Part shown: positions 1-5,021 of the stretch, piece after piece | How the letters are laid out: each line of letters starts with the position of its first letter | Numbering within the stretch: position 1 is the stretch's first letter | Source of the DNA: Octopus sinensis | Taxonomy: Eukaryota | Assembly (NCBI RefSeq): GCF_006345805.1 | Contig: NW_021830222.1 | Span: 1 to 5,021 of the forward strand | DNA: 5,021 nucleotides | Direction of reading: 5' to 3' | Made by a program: the position numbers and the translations under genes | Notes under the pieces: model-generated | Database searches by the model: none | Told to the model about the DNA's origin: nothing | What the model saw: the letters and a program-made list of their open reading frames with translations, nothing else

Positions 1-103
1 GCCCTATCAGTATTTGCGAAGGGAAGCCATCCTTCCGTCTTCAACTTATGATACACACGGACTCGAGTTTCAGGAAATTGACCCGTCATCGGCGTGTGAC
101 AAT
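1..103 (-). other. GC-richer segment at the window edge: candidate exon fragment or transposon/LTR end (unresolved)
   Basis: 50 G+C in the first 100 nt, against strongly AT-rich sequence after ~240. The minus strand has a pyrimidine-rich acceptor (TTTCTGTCGTTGTTGCTTCTTAG, AG at 105-104) followed by an open frame CHTPMTGQFPETRVRVYHKLKTEGWLPFANTDR running off the window. No homolog recognised. Confidence 0.25.
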
Positions 104-218
104 CTAAGAAGCAACAACGACAGAAATGACGTCGGTATGGAACAACGAAACACCAATTTCAATGAAAATAAAGTCAACAAAGATAGCACACAACTAGCGG
201 TAGTGATAATAACACCAG

Positions 219-230
219 CAACAACAACAA
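219..230 (+). repeat. (CAA)4 short trinucleotide repeat
   Basis: Read directly. Confidence 0.7.
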
Positions 231-327
231 TATGAAACGAAACAAAAAGGACAGGAGAAAGATAATGTATAGTTTTTGCTTAGATTCTGTATAATTATCT
301 TTTATTTGTTTTATTTATCTTCATCAA

Positions 328-342
328 TATTATTATTATTAT
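328..342 (+). repeat. (TAT)5 trinucleotide repeat
   Basis: Read directly. Confidence 0.8.
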
Positions 343-792
343 TAATATGGCCCTAAATATTCGATACAGAAATGAGAAAAGTATAAGCATGTCATATATA
401 CATAAATAATTGTATATATCTATATTATAATAAAGAAGGCTGTTTAGTAATTAGATTGCAATAAGTAGTTTACTAAATGAAAGCCATTATTAAAATCTAC
501 TTTGTCTAGAAAATTGTTGTAAATTCCAAATTTTATATAATTCCTTAATATAATTTTGAAACGTCTTTTATTACTGAATATTTTTTCTAATCACAATGTA
601 ATCTTTAAATCGCTATATTTTTTAACTTCTCTTTTTTTAATTGATGCTTAATCACAGAATTGTGACTTCCACCTGCTCCCGTTTCGGTTTCTTCATAACT
701 ATCTGATCAATAGTTACGCTTAAGATCATTTTCATCGAATACTTTTCAGGTGTTGTAAATTCCGATAATATCGATTTTTACTAGTAATGTGG

Positions 793-805
793 AAAAAAAA
801 AAAAA
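793..805 (+). repeat. A13 homopolymer
   Basis: Read directly. No retroposon body or TSD recognised next to it. Confidence 0.9.
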
Positions 806-1424
806 GATAGGACGTGTGAATATTTGACGTATCTCACCTTTGTTTCCACGTTTGTTTACACGATGTTGATAACAATTATGTTGAAAATCATGTACTTTCG
901 AGAAATATTCCATCTTTTACGAATATTTTTTCTGAAAAATGCCATGGTATAAATATGTATACAATGGTAGCGTTAATTACAGGGTACGAGTTTCTTTATT
1001 TATTTTATCGAAGTCACACTCTCTCTGTTTTAAACAAACTCAAATATAACCTAAACTCTACATAATCATTTATTATGCAAGAGAAAGCAGTGATCACGTG
1101 GGTATCAAAAGTAATTATTTTCAGCACAGTTTTAATTAAGTCATATCATCAAAACTTATAAGGAAACAAATTCGAGATGCATGGATTAGCAGCTCCCAAC
1201 TTTCATTTTCCCATTAAATTCAGGAATAATCTTAATCTATCTAAATGTTATTTATAATAAATTTTATTAAATACTTGGCGCTTCACAAAGAGTTATGAGG
1301 AGAAAATACGACGTGGAGTGAAACATCTGTAATTACCCCTTAAATTTATTCACTGAACGAGAGAGATGAAGAAAAGAAACAAAGAGGAATTAGACATAAT
1401 ATATCAGGAACCTTACACAAATTG

Positions 1425-1428
1425 AAAA
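1425..1428 (-). terminator. First possible Pol III terminator (TTTT) downstream of the SINE
   Basis: There is no T4 run on the SINE sense strand between 1790 and 1429. The first is the plus-strand AAAA at 1425-1428. Function is inferred only. Confidence 0.3.
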
Positions 1429-1478
1429 GTAAAGACTAAATATCATTTAAAGCCATTCGGAGGGCTGACTATCTACTT

Positions 1479-1489
1479 GTATATTTAGT
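1479..1489. repeat. Target-site duplication of the SINE, left copy (GTATATTTAGT)
   Basis: Matches 1791-1801 (GTATAATTAGT) at 10/11 positions and abuts the SINE 3' tail. Confidence 0.8.
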
Positions 1490-1725
1490 CACGATCACGT
1501 GACCGACCAGGCTATCAGATGCTGCTACACATCGCTGGTCACAATGCGCTTCGCATTGTTTTAGGCTTGAAATGACGCCATCCCGCTGGCTAAGCGAGCA
1601 GGCCAACAGAAGAAAGTGTGAGAAGAAGAGTGGCGAAAGAGTACAGCAGGGATCGCCACCACTTGCCGGAGTCTCGTGGAGCTTTAGGTGTTTTCGCCCA
1701 ATAAACACTCATAACACCCGGTCTG

Positions 1726-1736
1726 AGAATCGAAAC
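1726..1736 (-). promoter_or_regulatory. RNA polymerase III internal promoter, B box (degenerate)
   Basis: GTTTCGATTCT versus consensus GGTTCGANTCC (2 mismatches), at tRNA-like spacing from the A box. Confidence 0.65.
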
Positions 1737-1769
1737 TGCGATCCTACAAACGCGAGACGGCTGCTCTAA

Positions 1770-1780
1770 CCACTGAGCCA
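1770..1780 (-). promoter_or_regulatory. RNA polymerase III type-2 internal promoter, A box
   Basis: TGGCTCAGTGG on the minus strand fits TRGCNNARYGG exactly and starts 10 nt into the element. Confidence 0.8.
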
Positions 1781-1790
1781 TTGCGCCTCC

Positions 1791-1801
1791 GTATAATTAG
1801 T
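1791..1801. repeat. Target-site duplication of the SINE, right copy (GTATAATTAGT)
   Basis: Begins immediately outside the SINE 5' G (1790) and is 10/11 identical to 1479-1489. Confidence 0.8.
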
Positions 1802-2260
1802 ACCCGTCGTAAATACAGAAAATACTGGAAAGCGAGGCAACTGGATACGAATATGCCTCAAACTTCTTTGAACTGGTAACAAGTTCATATTCATATCATT
1901 CACTGTTTAGCACTGCTATATATTACAGCAATGTAACTAGACGTGTCCGTTGCTACATTTTCCTTCTTTGAATTTTTAAAAGGTAAAATTACTTCCTGAG
2001 TTTATAGCAAGTCGTTGCAGATAGTTTATCTGTCCCCCTCCGGCTTTCCGTTCATGCAATTGAAAAATCCGCTTTATTTATGCGATGGATGACCGAATAT
2101 ATATTTTTTCATTCTCTCTCTACATATTTCCTCTTATTCCTTTTGTTGAAGAGCTTAAGCTCGAAATATAAAAGACTTTTCTATTTTTCCCGAGCGTCAA
2201 ACTAATACATGCTTGTTGTTCCTTCACCTATCTTCGTCTTTGTTTTTCTATAATTTTAAA

Positions 2261-2300
2261 ATATATATACATATATCTGTATGTGTGTGTGTATATACAC

Positions 2301-2356
<56 letters not shown>

Positions 2357-2400
2357 ATATATATAATCTATACATACGTTTAAGCATATAATATAATATG
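2261..2400. repeat. Compound TA/TG microsatellite
   Basis: Short TG run (2282-2291), pure (TA)21 at 2302-2344, then an interrupted TA tail. Confidence 0.95.
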
Positions 2401-2420
2401 TATACTTCTATACATATTTT

Positions 2421-2424
2421 ATAT

Positions 2425-2483
<59 letters not shown>

Positions 2484-2508
2484 TATGCATCTGTATGTGT
2501 ATATACGC

Positions 2509-2539
<31 letters not shown>

Positions 2540-2600
2540 TACACATATATATATATATATGTGTGTGTGTGTTGTGTGTGTGTGTGTGTATATGCATATA
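2421..2600. repeat. Compound CA-TA-CA-TA-TG microsatellite
   Basis: (AC)11 2425-2446, (AT)15 2447-2476, CA-rich 2529-2544, (AT)8 2545-2560, TG-rich 2561-2589. Confidence 0.95.
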
Positions 2601-2610
2601 TCGGTGTATA

Positions 2611-2765
2611 CGTTACACACACACGCGCGCACAGCACACATACATATACACACATATGTGCGCAATATTTTTCATAAATATTCGCGGAAAATGCTTTCAC
2701 ATACATACCTACACACATACACATACGTATACATACCAACACACACACGCACACACACACACACA
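2611..2765. repeat. Degenerate CA/CATA microsatellites
   Basis: CA/CG run ~2615-2653 and CATA/CA run 2699-2765 including (CA)8 at 2750-2765, with a short unique spacer between them. Confidence 0.85.
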
Positions 2766-3050
2766 TTACTCCACATCACCATAACCAACGTATTGCACCT
2801 CCGTTTCTGCGTACCGCTCATGGACTTATTTGAAAGCGCGTTATACAATAAATTATTTCATTACGCTGTATATCGTTAGCTAACATGTGACATATCGCAT
2901 TTCATTTATTCATGGCCGTCTCAGTGCTGCGTTTTCTTCATTTATGATTTATCACAGCAATCATCTTCGACAATAGCCGTGTACTTCTCTCACTATGGCT
3001 CTATGTGTTAGTGTACACACAACTGTGGAGACGGATGTGATTGTGTCCAT

Positions 3051-3210
3051 GCGTGTGCTTGTGTGCTACTGTGTATTTGTGTGTGTATGTGTATGTTTAT
3101 TTGTGGGTGTGTTTAAAATCGTGTGTGTGTGTGTGTATGTGGTGGCTTCTATGTGGTTTTGTATATTAGTGGTTTTTGCGTTTTCGTCTATTTCTGTTGG
3201 TGTGTATTAT
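3051..3210. repeat. Decayed (TG)n / G+T-skewed low-complexity tract
   Basis: TG runs at 3079-3096 and 3121-3140 within sequence strongly skewed to G and T on the plus strand. Confidence 0.8.
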
Positions 3211-3270
3211 TATTCCCTTGCGAGAATATATTTCTATATGAATATGGGTATAATAATTATGTATGCATGA

Positions 3271-3313
3271 ATATACACGCGTGCACACACACATACACAC
3301 AACATTCACATTC

Positions 3314-3344
<31 letters not shown>

Positions 3345-3501
3345 CATATATGTATGCACACACACACATATATATATACATACATATATGTATACACACA
3401 CACAAATATATATGCATACATACATACATACAATACATACATATATACATATATATACATATACATATATATATTATATATATTATATATAATATATATA
3501 T

Positions 3502-3534
<33 letters not shown>

Positions 3535-3540
3535 CATACC
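3271..3540. repeat. Compound CA/TA/CATA microsatellite with higher-order duplication
   Basis: (AT)13 at 3314-3340, a duplicated 36-38-bp unit at 3331-3404, CATA runs, and an interrupted TA tract at 3465-3534. Confidence 0.95.
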
Positions 3541-3544
3541 TTTA

Positions 3545-3725
3545 TATGTGATGTGTGTGGTGTCTAACGTGTACGTGTATTCCTGAGCATGCGTTCGTAA
3601 ATACATATAATGTGTGTGTGTGAGAGAGTCTGTGTGTGTGTATGTGTGAGTATGTGTGCGTGTGTGTATGCACGCACACAAACACATACATCCATAAAAA
3701 GAAACATACATATACATGCACGTTC
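3545..3725. repeat. TG-then-CA microsatellite block (fold-back)
   Basis: TG-rich 3611-3670 followed by CA-rich 3671-3690, with inverted-repeat arms. Confidence 0.85.
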
Positions 3726-4004
3726 TCTTACTGAGCGAGCGTGCACGTATATAGAATGAAAAGCAGGGAAAAAGAGAACATCGTATATCATATACAGGTG
3801 TATATATATTATATATCTTTTTGTATTTCCTTGTTTTCTTGTCATGCTCATATATGATATTTCAGACAATAATATTCAGCTTTATGGATTTCTTCTTTCA
3901 TTTTCATTACTTAATATCCTTATTATATTTTTCTACGACAATGTTTCGCGCTACGTGTAAAGTGATATCACGTCTCGAATAATTTATTTACTTTTACTAT
4001 GATA

Positions 4005-4067
4005 TACGCACACACACACAAACACACACAAACACACACACACACACACGTGCGCGTGCGCATATAT
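4005..4067. repeat. Interrupted (CA)n with CG-rich alternating purine-pyrimidine end
   Basis: CA run with AA interruptions at 10-nt spacing, ending ...CACACGTGCGCGTGCGCATATAT. Confidence 0.9.
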
Positions 4068-4210
4068 TTTGGATATGGATATTAAGTGTGCATGTGTGTC
4101 TTTATTTTAATAATTTCTGAAATAAAATAATATCTATTGATTATAATCAATATTTTCTTATACCAAATTCGTGTTTAAAATGTTGTCTTGGTAATTATTA
4201 CTTACTTTTA

Positions 4211-4406
4211 TTTATCTATCTACACCTTTCTCTCTCTCTCTCTCTCTCTCTGTGTGTATATACATATATATATATATATAGAAAGAGAGAGAGACTGACA
4301 GACAGACAGACAGACAAACATATAGATAGATAGATAGATAGATACATACATACATAGATAGATACATAGATAGATCGATATATAGATAGATATATAGGTA
4401 GATAGT
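4211..4406. repeat. Compound ATCT-TC-TG-TA-GA-GACA-GATA/CATA microsatellite
   Basis: (TC)11 4229-4250, TA 4264-4280, GA 4281-4294, (GACA)5 4297-4316, (TAGA)5 4323-4342, then mixed TAGA/TACA/TATA units. Confidence 0.95.
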
Positions 4407-4472
4407 TTTGTATATCACAGAAGAGTTCTCATTAACCCTAAGCGTTTTGTTTATACCGCTCATTATAACATT

Positions 4473-4499
4473 ACACACACACACACATACCCCCATATA

Positions 4500-4540
<41 letters not shown>

Positions 4541-4547
4541 TATATAC

Positions 4548-4580
<33 letters not shown>

Positions 4581-4582
4581 AC

Positions 4583-4647
<65 letters not shown>

Positions 4648-4685
4648 ATATATACACACATATATATATAGATACATATATATAT
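4473..4685. repeat. CA plus long TA microsatellite
   Basis: (AC)7 4473-4486, (TA)17 4503-4536, (AT)24 4589-4636, with interrupted TA between and after. Confidence 0.95.
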
Positions 4686-5021
4686 GTAGCCTTTAGCGTT
4701 TACAAGAATATTATTTGCATTGTTGTGGTATAGTTTCAGTTTCGTTAATAAAGTCGGTGAGTGCTTTTAGAAGAACAATTGAAAATCTTATGCTTTTTAG
4801 TTATATCTGCGACTCAAGACCAACATACGTTGAAGCTCTTGTAGAAAAGCCTGTTCATCATACTAACCCATTTCTTCTCTTGATATAAACTATAGAGACC
4901 GTGTTGCTTAATTAAAATAGACAAGCCGTATCTCTTGCGGAATTTAGTGGTTTTATTAGAAGCAAAAATATTTAAAGAGTAGTGCATTATTATGATGTCT
5001 TAATTATAAGAAGATCGGGCT

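Larger units (their letters stand above)
1490..1790 (-). mobile_element. Full-length tRNA-derived SINE (CORE-SINE-like; resembles the octopus OR family, probably OR2-type)
   Basis: The minus strand begins GGAGGCGCAATGGCTCAGTGGTTAGAGC: a tRNA-like head with an A box, a paired D-arm (GCTC/GAGC, 1763-1778) and a B-box-like GTTTCGATTCT 44 nt after the A box. No T-stem or acceptor stem forms, so it is not a tRNA. The head is followed by GTGTTTATTGGGCGAAAACAC (CORE-like), a structured 3' part and a GTCACGTGATCGTG tail. It is flanked by an 11-bp direct repeat. It is much more GC-rich than its flanks. The family name is from recall, not a search. Confidence 0.88.

Noticed and set aside
14-235. 73-aa plus-strand ORF as a stand-alone gene
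   Set aside because: It starts at TTG rather than ATG, the 3' half is low-complexity A/C-rich sequence, and no homolog was recognised. It is kept only as an alternative reading of the edge segment.
743-790. Strong acceptor TTTTCAG|G at 749/750
   Set aside because: All three frames hit stops within about 35 nt and there is no good donor nearby.
793-805. A13 as the tail of a retroposed element
   Set aside because: No upstream element body, polyadenylation signal at the right distance or flanking TSD was seen.
1092-1100. GATCACGTG matching the SINE tail motif
   Set aside because: Only 9 bp with no adjoining SINE sequence, so probably chance.
1469-1781. Three ORFs of 63-79 aa overlapping 1469-1781
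   Set aside because: They lie within the non-coding SINE, on both strands, and have no recognisable domain.
1715-1790. Possible tRNA gene
   Set aside because: Only the D-arm pairs. The T-stem, anticodon stem and acceptor stem do not form, and the sequence continues into a SINE body bounded by TSDs.
2151-2162. Perfect palindrome GAGCTTAAGCTC (also GTTAGCTAAC at 2875-2884 and GTGATATCAC at 3962-3971)
   Set aside because: One or a few 10-12-bp palindromes are expected by chance in several kb of AT-rich DNA, and there is no supporting context.
2950-2971. TATCACAGC, identical to the 5' end of miR-2 family microRNAs
   Set aside because: The rest does not match miR-2 and neither flank gives a credible precursor hairpin.
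2771-3060. Unique spacer with 15 CpGs as a possible CpG island or enhancer
   Set aside because: Region 661-1020 has a similar CpG count, so it is not exceptional. There is no other support.
4432-4447. TTAACCCT, resembling a piggyBac-type end or one telomeric unit; AGCGTTT recurs at 4695-4701
   Set aside because: There is no matching AGGGTTAA end in the window, it is a single unit, and the short direct match is expected by chance.
2355-4733. All long ORFs rich in YI, HT, CV or CVY repeats on both strands
   Set aside because: TA, CA and TG repeats contain no stop codons, so these ORFs are translation artefacts of microsatellites.

Overview
AT-rich eukaryotic non-coding DNA (intronic or intergenic). 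No protein-coding gene, true RNA gene or CRISPR array is supportable. The one clear complex feature is a full-length ~301-bp tRNA-derived SINE on the minus strand (1490-1790). It has Pol III A/B boxes, a CORE-like hairpin, a structured 3' region and an 11-bp target-site duplication (10/11 identical). From recall only (no database search), it resembles the octopus OR-type SINEs, so the source is probably an octopod cephalopod. From ~2260 to ~4690 the window is dominated by compound microsatellites (TA, CA/TG, TC/GA, GACA, GATA/CATA). These account for nearly all long ORFs in the supplied track, which are artefacts. Several tracts are arranged as fold-backs, and in two places the interruptions are mirrored on both arms, which suggests inverted duplication rather than simple slippage. 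A 50%-GC stretch at the left edge (1-103) may be a minus-strand exon or a transposon/LTR end. I see no convincing new multi-gene system. The best leads are the SINE's RNA architecture and the fold-back microsatellite structures.
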